Shown in pieces: positions 44,044 to 52,616 of a stretch of DNA of 64,000 bases. Every line of letters starts with the position of its first letter. The stretch's first letter is position 1. Both the position numbers and the translations under genes were made by a program. Source of the stretch: Verrucomicrobiota bacterium (lineage in GTDB: Bacteria; Verrucomicrobiota; Verrucomicrobiia; Limisphaerales; JBBRPK01); NCBI GenBank assembly GCA_038228235.1, contig JBBRPK010000010.1, forward strand, positions 4,551 through 68,550, read 5' to 3'. Under the pieces are notes generated by a model. That model was given only the letters and a program-made list of their open reading frames with translations, did no database searches and was not told the DNA's origin.

Positions 44044-44790
44044 TCAGGCAGCCGCTTTCAGTTGGCCAGCAAGGGCGGGATTGGTTCTGAGCAAGCGCAT
44101 TTGCTCGGTCAAGTTCCAGTCCGCGCCTTTGCGGAAAGGATTCTTTGCGCTCGCAGCCCCGCCGGAGCTGTTGCCCGTGGCCCCGCCACCGGCACTTGGT
44201 TCGAAGAGATGAGGGGCCTCTGTGACGAGAGATTCCACCCACTCATCAAGGGTTATTGGAGTCACACCATCCTTGCCGTAACGGATTCTGTCACCGTCCT
44301 GAGCCTGGGGAACGCCGTTCACCAGCTTGAAGACGCGCTGCGCCCTCAAAGTGACATCCGCAATGGCCGTGGAGCGCAGCCCGCGCTTGGACGCCGCCAC
44401 GATCACGCCCTGGTTAATCTGAATGTCGGAGAGCCGGGCGTTCAAGGCATCGCGTTCAGCCGCAGTGCGCTCCAAGTCGCCCTTGATTGACTGCACCCGG
44501 CTGGCGACGACCTTATCCACTTCACCCGCTTTGAGCGCAACCTTCTCTTCCAGATCACGTTTGGCCTGTTCGAGTTGCCTGGCCGTATCAGAGTCGATCC
44601 CGTCATATTTCCGTTTCAGATCATCGACCTGTTTGAGGAGTGCGACGTTGTTCGTCCGAAACTCATCGAGTTTCGCTTTGTCCGCAACGCCTTCGGCATC
44701 GAGGAAGAACGCGCCGTCGCGCTCGACGTAATGGGACTGGAGTTCCGCCGGAGCTTCGTCCTTCGATTTCAGTTTGTATTTTAACGACAT
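44044..44790 (-). CDS. Phage capsid scaffolding-like protein (coiled-coil)
   Basis: MSLKYKLKSKDEAPAELQSHYVERDG.FFLD..KLDEFRTNNVALLKQVDDLKRKY.. followed by the C-terminal NPFRKGADWNLTEQMRLLRTNPALAGQLKAAA is typical of the scaffold/GP20-like architecture. The ATG at 44790 is preferred. Confidence 0.55.
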   Translation of the reverse strand: MSLKYKLKSKDEAPAELQSHYVERDGAFFLDAEGVADKAKLDEFRTNNVALLKQVDDLKRKYDGIDSDTARQLEQAKRDLEEKVALKAGEVDKVVASRVQSIKGDLERTAAERDALNARLSDIQINQGVIVAASKRGLRSTAIADVTLRAQRVFKLVNGVPQAQDGDRIRYGKDGVTPITLDEWVESLVTEAPHLFEPSAGGGATGNSSGGAASAKNPFRKGADWNLTEQMRLLRTNPALAGQLKAAA

Positions 44791-45229
44791 AGATCGGCCG
44801 CATATTTCGCGGAGAGCGCAGATTACACCCTGTTTTCGCGGGAAAGGCGGCACACTCATCGCGGATATCCGAGCGGTCGAATCGCCGCGAATCGTGCCGC
44901 AAATAGGCGAAGGACCACGAAAAAGATTTTATCGAAAAAGGTTGACGTGTTGGGCGTAAGAGTGCGGTTGACAAACCCCTCTGTTGAAGCCGTAGCGCAA
45001 CGGTACCGAATCACAGGAATTGCTCGAAAGGTCACCAAAGTGTGGGTGGGCATCGAAGCCACTGAAACGACCGCCAAAGCGTCGCTCGACCCGCCGCATT
45101 CACTATAATGCACCTCAAAGGCTCAATTTTTCGGGGGACAGCTCCCCTAGCGGGCGTTTCCATGGTGAAGGCAGATTTGTGTTTTCTATAAACCAAAACT
45201 AAAACTCGTCGCGCCACCAAAACCAACCT

Positions 45230-46063
45230 ATGAAAAATGCCTTAGCCACTCTTATCCAGTCTCACCGCGGCAGTTTGCGGACGACCTTGGCGGTACTTGC
45301 CCTATTCGCAGCAATATTTCCCGCCCCCGAGCTCAATGCCCAGATCGCAGCTCCATTCCGTCCGCCAACCAAAGAGGAGCCAGCAAAGGCTTGGATTGGG
45401 AGAATCGCAGATGGAGGGTTGTTCTATAGCATGAAATTTGACGGTGGTCCTATGGTCAGGCTGAAACAGGTCTGGACGAATGCATTTACCAACGATAACT
45501 TCTTGATCGTCGCGTCGGCAGAAAATGTGGATCTGCCTCGTTTCGAAATTCGCGACGTGCTTTTACCCGAACTGGCGAGATCCATTGCCTTTCTCAGCCA
45601 AGGTGTGCTCACCGTCGAAGTGGTCGATCAGTCTTCGTTGATTCATCATTCGCACCAGGTAGCAGGGAATGAGGATGAGGCGGCGGAGATTATCAAAAAA
45701 ATTATAGAGGCGAAAAACGGGGGAAACATCTGGAGGATCACGGCGTCGTCCACGGAGGCTCCGACCGTCAAGATGCGTGCGGTCGCTGCTCCACATCTTT
45801 TTCCCGGAACGGGCAACATCACGCGCTTAGTGAAAGCTGCCGAGACGCTCGAGCAGGAGAGGCTCAAACTTGTCCAAATTTCCAGTGGAGTCCCGCGACG
45901 CGACCCTTCCAGAAATCCATTAACTCGTATTATTCCGCTCGACGATCAAAAAGTCGTGGTGCTCATCGGGGTGGAGGATGGGATTGCCGGAATCGAGAGC
46001 TTCATCCAAGCTTCCGAGCAGGCTTTTGCACAGTCGATGAGGCGGATGCCCGGTGAAAAATGA
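45230..46063 (+). CDS. Secreted hypothetical protein, first gene of the ECF sigma operon
   Basis: Signal-peptide-like LRTTLAVLALFAAIFPAPELNAQ. No recognisable motifs. The 3' end overlaps the sigma gene's start. Confidence 0.6.
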   Translation: MKNALATLIQSHRGSLRTTLAVLALFAAIFPAPELNAQIAAPFRPPTKEEPAKAWIGRIADGGLFYSMKFDGGPMVRLKQVWTNAFTNDNFLIVASAENVDLPRFEIRDVLLPELARSIAFLSQGVLTVEVVDQSSLIHHSHQVAGNEDEAAEIIKKIIEAKNGGNIWRITASSTEAPTVKMRAVAAPHLFPGTGNITRLVKAAETLEQERLKLVQISSGVPRRDPSRNPLTRIIPLDDQKVVVLIGVEDGIAGIESFIQASEQAFAQSMRRMPGEK

Positions 46064-46673
46064 CTCTAGAGCTGTCGCGTGGTCTCATATCCTTGCGGAA
46101 ATGGAAAGCGGGATCAATGAGCGGTGTGCCAAGCGTCCCCTGGCACAATGGACGCGCCGCTTGGCCGCTGGCGATGAGCAGGCTTGGGCTTGGTTCCACG
46201 AACGATACTACCTCTCACTCCTACGCTACGGCGCCCATTGTTGTGGCAATCCGTCAGCCGCGAGTGAAGTCGTGCAGCAGGCGTATATGCGGATCGCCCG
46301 GCATGCCAAACCCTTCGCCGAGGAATCGGATTTTTGGGGGTGGCTTTCCTGCCTGGTTCGGTGCGCTGCGGTCGATTACGGCCGCAATGTTAGGCGCCGG
46401 ATGGTTCTCTTGGAGAAATTCGCCCATTGGCGCGCCTTGCATTCCGAAAAGGAGGCCTCTTGGCATCCGTCTAGCAATCATGCCTCAGCCCTTGCTGAAG
46501 ATGCGTTGGCAAAATTGCCAGTTGACGATGCGGCGTTGTTGCGTCGCAAGTACTGCGACGGTTGGTCCACCTTGGAACTGTCGGCAGATCTCGGCGCGAC
46601 GCCCAAAGCCATTGAACACCGCCTCGCTCGACTGCGTGAGCGGCTGCGCGAAATCATCTTAAGCATTCAATGA
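46053..46673 (+). CDS. ECF-type sigma-70 factor
   Basis: Region 2-like WAWFHERYYLSLLRY..VVQQAYMRIARHAKPF..FWGWLSCLVRCAAVDYGR and region 4 LPVDDAALLRRKYCDGWSTLELSADLGATPKAIEHRLARLRERLR. Confidence 0.8.
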   Translation: MKNDSRAVAWSHILAEMESGINERCAKRPLAQWTRRLAAGDEQAWAWFHERYYLSLLRYGAHCCGNPSAASEVVQQAYMRIARHAKPFAEESDFWGWLSCLVRCAAVDYGRNVRRRMVLLEKFAHWRALHSEKEASWHPSSNHASALAEDALAKLPVDDAALLRRKYCDGWSTLELSADLGATPKAIEHRLARLRERLREIILSIQ

Positions 46674-47122
46674 ATCCTCCGCCCGATACCCTCCATCCAT
46701 TCCTGAAGAGCCTCATTGACGAAACGGCAGAACTGCCCCGATTGGCAGCCAGCGAAGCTCGGCGGTTTACCGCGCGGCAGGCTGAACGCCGCGCCCAGTT
46801 AACTTGGGCAGTGGCCATCGCCATGCTTGGCATGTGCTCTTGGGAAAGCCTCCATCTGCGGTGGCCTATTCCGAGGCAGGCTGGATCACCGCCAAAATTC
46901 GTCCAACAACCGCCCGCCCCGAAAGCGCCGCGACCGGCTGAATTCATCAAAGTCCAGACGATCCAGGAAGCCATGTCACAACCATTGCCAACTCCTCCTG
47001 GAGCCAGCCAGGAGCAAAAGGACCTGCTTGAAGCTGCCCGCGGTTTGCCCCTGGTCCTAGTGCTAGATGAGTCGGGTAAGCTGGCGCGAATTCACGTGGT
47101 CGAGCGCGTCGGGCCGCCTTAG
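46670..47122 (+). CDS. Putative single-pass anti-sigma factor
   Basis: ATGA overlap with the sigma gene. One TM segment (LTWAVAIAMLGMCSW) is followed by a Pro-rich linker. The call rests on position only. Confidence 0.45.
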   Translation: MNPPPDTLHPFLKSLIDETAELPRLAASEARRFTARQAERRAQLTWAVAIAMLGMCSWESLHLRWPIPRQAGSPPKFVQQPPAPKAPRPAEFIKVQTIQEAMSQPLPTPPGASQEQKDLLEAARGLPLVLVLDESGKLARIHVVERVGPP

Positions 47123-47366
47123 CGGGGGCGTTCCACATTCTTCTCGGCGAAGGAACTGAGGCGAAATCAGAGCTTGATGCCGTGTCTGGCAAAGCGGCTT
47201 CGTCACCGCGCCAATCGCTTCGTGCGATCCGAAGTGCCTTGGCTTTATTGTAGAGCGTTTGCCGGCCGATGCCGAGCAGCCCCGCCGCGCCATTCCATTT
47301 GCTGCTCTTCTCGAAGGCATTGGAGAATCTCCCGGCGCATTGCCAAACCAAGACGACCCTCCGCCT

Positions 47367-48338
47367 TCATGCGGGAGGTCTGGAGGGCGGCGGGGACACA
47401 GGGGGACTCGGTAAGGACGACATAGGCCGCAGCGGGGACGGCTCTGTCCGAATCAGTTCCAACTCCTGCTCATTGGTCCGCGCATTAGGAAGGATTTCAC
47501 CGGTCCGGAGGTTGTGAAGGAGGGTGTCCTGGCTGATGGCGCCGAACTGCCAGGCCGAAACGAGGGCTTGAATTTTAACCGCACTCAGAAGCGCTGAGTC
47601 AAAGTCCGTGTTCAGCGTGTAATTGAGATGCTCAACACTGATGTCTTCCGGTTTGTTCTCCGTCGAGTGCCACCAATAGACCCAGCGCAGCACCGCATTC
47701 ATCGAGAAAGTCACCGAGGTCGAGATCGAACCGACCACGCTGCCCTCGCCAGCCTGCCGAATGGCCAAAGCTTCAGCACTCTCAGCCTCACGTTTCTGAC
47801 TTTCCAGCAGACGGGACCCCAGGACAGTCAGGAGGCGTTCAACGCGATCTAACGCCCGCTCAAAAGTCATCAAACCGTCGCCCTTAAATTCGAGATACCC
47901 AGCAGTGGCGCCAAGCGTATCAGTCACCCAGGCAGTCGTGGAGCCGATGCGCAGTTGCGCGTTCTTGTCGAAGCCCGTCACGAAGGCGGTTGGGAGCGCA
48001 GTGAAGTGCATCCCGTGTTTGTAATCGGTGTTCAGGCGGTAATGGTCAATGTTCGCGGCAACAATGTCGTCAATCGGCGATCTGTCAATCTCAGGCCGCG
48101 AATCGTTCGGGCCGTGGAAGACAAACGGGATGTTCGTCAGAGGTTTCCCCAGGCGAAGGGGCGTGAGCGTCTGGACACGCTGCCACTTCTTTTCCTTCGT
48201 CCCGTCCGGAAGGTCGAGAAGCTGCCAGATTTCAACCTGGTATCCTCTGAGCTGTCGATAATCATGGAGTCGGGGTCGTCGTACGAAACGTATGCTGAGA
48301 ATTCGACCTCGGCATCGAAAGCGATAGTGCAACCCCAT
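47367..48338 (-). pseudogene. C-terminal half of a phage portal protein (DUF4055-like), N-terminal half missing
   Basis: ..NIDHYRLNTDYKHGMHFTALPTAFVTGFD...LRIGSTTAW......GATAGYLEFKGDGL..FERALDRVERLL..LGSRLL.. matches the remembered portal/DUF4055 pattern. 323 aa is roughly half the normal portal length. Upstream sequence is frame-broken and abuts a repeat. Confidence 0.55.
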
Positions 48339-48360
48339 TGCTTCGAGGATGCAGCTTCAC

Positions 48361-48447
48361 GCCCCGGAATCCGAACCAATCCACTGCCCCGAACCTCTAG
48401 CCCTGAGCGCGGGCAGCGCGACCGGAAGCGCTGCTTCCTTCTCCGCG
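48361..48447. repeat. ~87-bp imperfect direct repeat, copy 1 (partner at 53162-53250)
   Basis: GCCCCGGAATCCGAACCAATCCACTGCCCCGAACCTCTAGCCCTGAGCGCGGGCAGCGCGACCGGAAG.. against GCCCCGGACACCGAACTAATCCACTGCCCCGGACGTATAGCCCTAAGCGCGGGCAGCGCACCCGGAAA... Contains the hairpin CTGCCCC..GGGCAG. Confidence 0.7.
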
Positions 48448-49536
48448 CACCAGCAATCGCCGGAGATCACGCCAATGGCCGCGCCGCCGTAAGCGCAGCA
48501 GCTTTGACCGCAGCCGAGTTCGCAGGTCGTCCGGGATTTGGTCAACTTGCTCGCTTGCCGCGCTCGCCCAATGCTCCGGGAAATAGGTAAGCGACCATCG
48601 TGATTCACATGCACGCTTGAGTTTTTCCGGCAAAGCCGATTGCTCAATTTGGCACAGGTACGCGCGCCGCTCCTCAGAACGCGCCCGAGACTTGCGGAGA
48701 TGCACGATCCGCTTAGTCAACCCATGCCAAGCCGGAGACATGCGCTCGCCGGACAGCCTTTGCACGACCGCTTCGAGCAGGTCGTCAGAGAGTAAGCTAA
48801 GAGCCTTCTCAGGGATTTTCGCCCAACGCTCAGGACATGCAGACGCGATTGCCGGTGCAGCATCCGCGACCGCCCGAAGGACCGCCGCCGGTCCTTCGCC
48901 TTCGACGGCCTGGAATCGCACTTCTTGCGCCGCTGCTTCGGCCTTGCATCGTTCAATCTCCCGTTGCTCCCGCTCCTTCTGACGCAGCAATTCTGCTTTC
49001 CGCTCCAACTCGCGCCGCTCCAATTCTGCCCGCCAAGCCGGAAGCGCTTGTTCAAGCACAGGATGGCGATTTGCGATTGCCTCGAAATAATCGAGAAGGT
49101 GCATCGCGTCTTCCCGTTGCGCCTCAGGGCGGACAGTCGCCGCCAGGAGCGAGGGAGCAATGGCGGAATGAAGATGGAAGAGGGGTCTGAATGCCGGCGG
49201 CCGGCATCGGATATTGAACCTCCAGACACCCTGATTGCCGACGGAGAGGTGTATAATTTGCCACGCGAGACGAGGATCAAAAGGCGCTCGCTCAGCCCAT
49301 TTGCTGACAAACCCCTCGAATTCGGCATCATCCAACAACGCCAGCAGCCAAAGAAGTTGCCGGTGCTTTTCAAAGGTCGGCACGTCGCAGGAAGAAATGG
49401 CGTCCACAATCAGCTTGCGGCTGCCCTGGTCCAGCTTCTCAAACTTCAGTCGGATTCCGTAGTTGCATTTCAGGCAATCCCAACCACAGCCTTTGTTCTG
49501 CTCCAACCACTCGATAGCTCTTTCTATGGCCGCCAT
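48397..49536 (-). CDS. Hypothetical protein (Cys-rich N-terminus, central coiled coil)
   Basis: MAAIERAIEWLEQNKGCGWDCLKCNYG.. followed by RAELERRELERKAELLRQKEREQREIERCK. No recognised domain. The ATG at 49536 lies 14 nt after the integrase-tail stop. Confidence 0.6.
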   Translation of the reverse strand: MAAIERAIEWLEQNKGCGWDCLKCNYGIRLKFEKLDQGSRKLIVDAISSCDVPTFEKHRQLLWLLALLDDAEFEGFVSKWAERAPFDPRLAWQIIHLSVGNQGVWRFNIRCRPPAFRPLFHLHSAIAPSLLAATVRPEAQREDAMHLLDYFEAIANRHPVLEQALPAWRAELERRELERKAELLRQKEREQREIERCKAEAAAQEVRFQAVEGEGPAAVLRAVADAAPAIASACPERWAKIPEKALSLLSDDLLEAVVQRLSGERMSPAWHGLTKRIVHLRKSRARSEERRAYLCQIEQSALPEKLKRACESRWSLTYFPEHWASAASEQVDQIPDDLRTRLRSKLLRLRRRGHWRDLRRLLVRGEGSSASGRAARAQG

Positions 49537-49549
49537 ACACACCGCCGTT

Positions 49550-50000
49550 TTACATCTTTGCCAGCAGTGGCAGCAAGCACGCATTGCTCTGTTTCAGCTT
49601 CTTCGCCTTCATCCCCTCGACAATCCCCCGCATTTCATCCTTTGCCGACGTCTGCCCGTTGGTGGGCAGCTTTGGAATAGCCGATTGCAGCACCAGCGGG
49701 AAATCCTCACGCCGCCGCCCCAACCGGCAGTGCCACGATGTTCGATGGCCTCTGACCTCTGCTTCCGGGTCGCTTCCACCGCCTCAGGGGTAATTCCGAA
49801 CCACTTCTCCGCATCCGCTGGCCGGACGATCTCACGGTAATTCGTGAACACCATCCGAGGCGAGCTCCCGGCTTCCGGGCGGCTGCTTCTCGATGAGATG
49901 GCCCAGGATGCCGCAGGAGATTTTGCCTGCCAGCGAGGCGCGAGGGGGGCGCATATCCGCAGCGATCTGTAACGACCGAGCAACGAAGCTGGAAGGCAAG
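49550..50000 (-). pseudogene. Frameshifted 3' remnant of a tyrosine integrase gene (copy 1)
   Basis: ..EAGSSPRMVFTNYREIVRPADAEKWFGITPEAVEA.. is homologous to 54671-54945 (93 nt at 49772-49864 against 54741-54833, ~90% identical by eye). A LLRHPG (box II-like) segment lies upstream in another frame. The tail ..SAKDEMRGIVEGMKAKKLKQ.. is in a third frame. Confidence 0.55.
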
Positions 50001-50132
50001 AGATCAAGGCATGTTGGGCCAGGTATGAGGGAACAGCCGCCTTACGCCACCGCCGCAACCGTAATTGCCAATCGTTCCATCTCTGAAGGCTGATTCATAG
50101 CAGCGGATTTACCAAACCGCCGAAGGTCAGCC

Positions 50133-50822
50133 TTAGGGCTGAGGCAGTACAGAGGATTCCTCTTTAGTGAAGGCGATCTGCCAGAGGAAGAAATTATCCT
50201 GAAGAAATACGCGTGAGAACCAACCGGGCGTCCAGAACCTCGTCAGGAGCTGCGAGAAATTATCTCCTAAGGGTTCAACCTCGGATTTCATTCTCCCCAC
50301 CGGGTCAACGAGAACCAGCCAATCCTCATCCCCATGCGCAAAGGCTTTCCCGGCGACCACCAGAGTTTTGGCGTCGAGGCTGGCCCTTGCCTGCTCGCAC
50401 CAGATACGGTGTTGCTCATCCGGGGAGAGAGGAATCACCATCGCGGGCCTTCCGAACCCCTCCTGCATAACCTCTGTCCTCTTGCGCGGGCCAGTTGGCT
50501 GTGAATAGACGCTTGAAACCGCAAGTGTCCTCCTTACCCCTTTCTGCTGGAGCGCTCGTCCGTGTTCTACGTCCTGAAACGCGATTCTGGTTAGCTCTAC
50601 TGCAATCCTGCGCCCGCCTACCTCCAATTGAAAGTCCGGAACCTGATCGCTCGTATGGGACACTCGAATCGGATATTGGAGAATCGGCGTGTGTGCCAAT
50701 GCTTCGAGCAGGTGCGCCATTTGACTCCTTTCATTGGCCACGGTATTTGTGAATCTGCCGTTGAGCAAGGCTGGGCAGATCGAGTCCGAAAGTTCTTCCG
50801 GCGTGTTCGCGCTAAAATCCAT
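50133..50822 (-). CDS. Hypothetical protein, possible PD-(D/E)xK-like nuclease fold
   Basis: MDFSANTPEEL... The only motif-like feature is VPDFQLEVGGRRIAVELTRI (D...E.T in place of D...E.K). The ATG at 50822 lies 2 nt after an integrase-tail stop. Confidence 0.55.
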   Translation of the reverse strand: MDFSANTPEELSDSICPALLNGRFTNTVANERSQMAHLLEALAHTPILQYPIRVSHTSDQVPDFQLEVGGRRIAVELTRIAFQDVEHGRALQQKGVRRTLAVSSVYSQPTGPRKRTEVMQEGFGRPAMVIPLSPDEQHRIWCEQARASLDAKTLVVAGKAFAHGDEDWLVLVDPVGRMKSEVEPLGDNFSQLLTRFWTPGWFSRVFLQDNFFLWQIAFTKEESSVLPQP

Positions 50823-50824
50823 CT

Positions 50825-50945
50825 TCACAGGTTTGCCCACCGCATCAGCAAACGCGCCTTGTCCTTCTTCCAGCTTTTCGCCGTCATGCCCTCGATAATC
50901 TCACGCATTTCGTCCTTCGGCAACTTGCCCGCCTCGCCTTAGCCT
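50825..50945 (-). pseudogene. Tail-only remnant of an integrase 3' end (copy 2)
   Basis: GEAGKLPKDEMREIIEGMTAKSWKK.. parallels the ..SAKDEMRGIVEGMKAKKLKQ tail at 49550-49660. The DNA is similar (..TCATSCCCTCGAYAATC..CGCATTTC.TCCTT..). Confidence 0.4.
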
Positions 50946-51011
50946 CGTCGGGAAGGCAGGTGCCCGCTTGCCGCGCCGGAGGCAGACACAAGCGGGGTCA
51001 ACAGCCTCGGC

Positions 51012-51209
51012 ATGGCCGATTGCAAAGCCCGCAAGAAATCCAAGAACAACAACCTGACCCTCGATTCCTTCATCATTTCAAAAACGCCCTACGATGACTT
51101 GGTTAAACGTCACGGTCCTGAGTGGACGAGGGAAAAGTACGCGGAGGCCCACATATTTTTCGGTGACGAGCCAGAAAGGGCTCACATTGAAGCGGTCATT
51201 AAGGGCTAA
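51012..51209 (+). CDS. Small hypothetical protein (65 aa)
   Basis: ORF only. No motifs recognised. Confidence 0.35.
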   Translation: MADCKARKKSKNNNLTLDSFIISKTPYDDLVKRHGPEWTREKYAEAHIFFGDEPERAHIEAVIKG

Positions 51210-51570
51210 CGCGTGCCAACCCAAGGCCATACGCTCGGCGAGCGGGCAAGGGGCCGCGTCTCAGAAATCAAAAACGCGGACACTCCCGCACTCCCGCAGT
51301 CATGCTGCCTCTGCCCCGCCATTCTCCCGTCCCGGTTCAGCCTTTTTTGGCTCTCTTTCTTGAGTCTGTACAATGGCTGACCCAGTGCTTAAGCTGCTCC
51401 CGCAGCTTTGGTATCATCACCGCACGAAGTCCCGGAGGCGATTTGATCATTTGGACTATTATCATCGGCGAATCGCGTGATTTGCAACGAATACTGTAGC
51501 CCGTTTCGGGGTCATTTCGGAGTCGGTCAACGGTATTGACATGCAGGCGTGGCGAGCGATTCTCGTGGGT

Positions 51571-51663
51571 ATGGCCAGAAAATTAGTAATTCAGCATCCG
51601 GGAGCGATTTACCACCTGAGGACCCGTGGTGAAGAACGACATGAATCTCGAAAGTCGAAATGA
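51571..51663 (+). pseudogene. N-terminal fragment of an IS200/IS605-type Y1 (REP-associated, RAYT-like) transposase
   Basis: MARKLVIQHPGAIYHLRTRGEERHE.. matches the conserved N-terminus (MARP.RI..PG..YHV..RGN.R) of Y1 transposases. It stops after 30 codons. Confidence 0.5.
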
Positions 51664-51998
51664 GAGTTTATCCAGTCGATCCAACAGTTCAAAAGATTTG
51701 GAAGTTCTACCCGATCAGAATTCCAGGCGGGTCTAAGTGTTCCAAATGCCGCGAGGAAACCGTCCTCGTCCAAAGCATGACGGGCGGCTTCGTCACACGA
51801 AACTGCCCCACCCACAACATTCCAATGAAGCTGCCCGAAGCGACCTTCATGAAACTGGGCCTGTGGGTTGCTTGCCCGCGGTGCAGGCGCCGCATGTCGG
51901 CTCAAATCCTGCAAGACCAGAACTACGGATATGCGTGTGGCCCCTGCGGTCTAGTAATCCAACTCTTTAAGCTGCTGCCTCTGTACTCTGATCTGTGA
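51660..51998 (+). CDS. Double zinc-ribbon hypothetical protein (112 aa)
   Basis: CSKC..(18)..CPTH and CPRC..(17)..CGPC spacing is typical of zinc ribbons. The ATG overlaps the stop of the RAYT fragment (ATGA). Confidence 0.5.
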   Translation: MRVYPVDPTVQKIWKFYPIRIPGGSKCSKCREETVLVQSMTGGFVTRNCPTHNIPMKLPEATFMKLGLWVACPRCRRRMSAQILQDQNYGYACGPCGLVIQLFKLLPLYSDL

Positions 51999-52016
51999 TG
52001 CAATGGGCCGGAGCTG

Positions 52017-52157
52017 ATGAAGCACGAAAAGATACCCGCCGAGGACGTCGAGCGTGCAAGTGGACGCCTTGACGTATGCAGCGTTTGCACAAAGTTCTTC
52101 AGATCGAATTCGACAGACACGGGCATTTTTCTTTGTCCGAAGTGTGGCATGAGGTAA
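52017..52157 (+). CDS. Small zinc-ribbon protein (46 aa), not in the ORF track
   Basis: MKHEKIPAEDVERASGRLDVCSVCTKFFRSNSTDTGIFLCPKCGMR has a CxxC..(16)..CxxC pattern. It starts 19 nt after the previous gene. Confidence 0.4.
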   Translation: MKHEKIPAEDVERASGRLDVCSVCTKFFRSNSTDTGIFLCPKCGMR

Positions 52158-52208
52158 CAAAGATGAACTCTGATCAGCATTCCGGGACCGAGCCCGAAAT
52201 CCGAACGC

Positions 52209-52616
52209 TCAAAGTCCCCTGTCATCACCCTCTCGCCAGATCCACTCCAGCGCAGGGTCAGCCAGTCCCCACAATTTCATAGCATTCCCGCCGAAGCCCA
52301 TAGCCTCGCCCAGCCATCGCCGCCCCTCGTCCCGCCTGTTCAATCGGCAAGCCTCCACCGCAAGCGCGTAGCACGTTTCCGTCCGCAGTCCCGGCGCCAT
52401 TCTCATCACCACGGAAGCCAATTCCACCGCCGTTTCCCATTTCCCGGCAGCCGCATAGATGCGCCAGCGCACCGCCAGAACCTCCGGATGCCCCCGAAGA
52501 CGAGCATCAATCTGCTCCAGTTCCTCGTTCGCCTCGAGGTAGTTCCCCAAGCCGAGCCAACCCATGTCGGCCTCGACGAAACGCACCGCCTCGATTGGAA
52601 ACGGCCCCATATTCAT
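52209..52616 (-). CDS. Small TPR-like repeat protein (135 aa)
   Basis: GLGNYLEANEELEQIDARLRGHPEVLAVRWRIYAAAGKWETAVELASVVMRMAP shows TPR-type helical hairpin periodicity. Its ATG overlaps the HNH gene's stop (ATGA). Confidence 0.65.
   Translation of the reverse strand: MNMGPFPIEAVRFVEADMGWLGLGNYLEANEELEQIDARLRGHPEVLAVRWRIYAAAGKWETAVELASVVMRMAPGLRTETCYALAVEACRLNRRDEGRRWLGEAMGFGGNAMKLWGLADPALEWIWREGDDRGL

Noticed and set aside
43676-44212. 178-aa plus-strand ORF
   Set aside because: It overlaps both the capsid stub and the scaffold gene on the opposite strand and has no motifs. The minus-strand products show phage-like similarity.
48361-48447. tRNA-like fragment (the minus strand contains GGTTCGGATTCC, reminiscent of a T-loop) as a possible att site
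   Set aside because: The flanking bases do not form a T-stem or an acceptor stem, and the partner copy at 53162 reads GATTAGTTCGGTGTCC. No cloverleaf can be drawn.
50946-51011. Possible degenerate copy of the ssrA 3' end (..CCGGAGGCAGACACAAGCGGGGTCAACAGCC.. against ..GGAGGCGGCGGGAGTTGAACCCGCG..) as an internal att site
   Set aside because: The similarity is limited to a few short G-rich words. It cannot be distinguished from chance by eye and needs a computed alignment.
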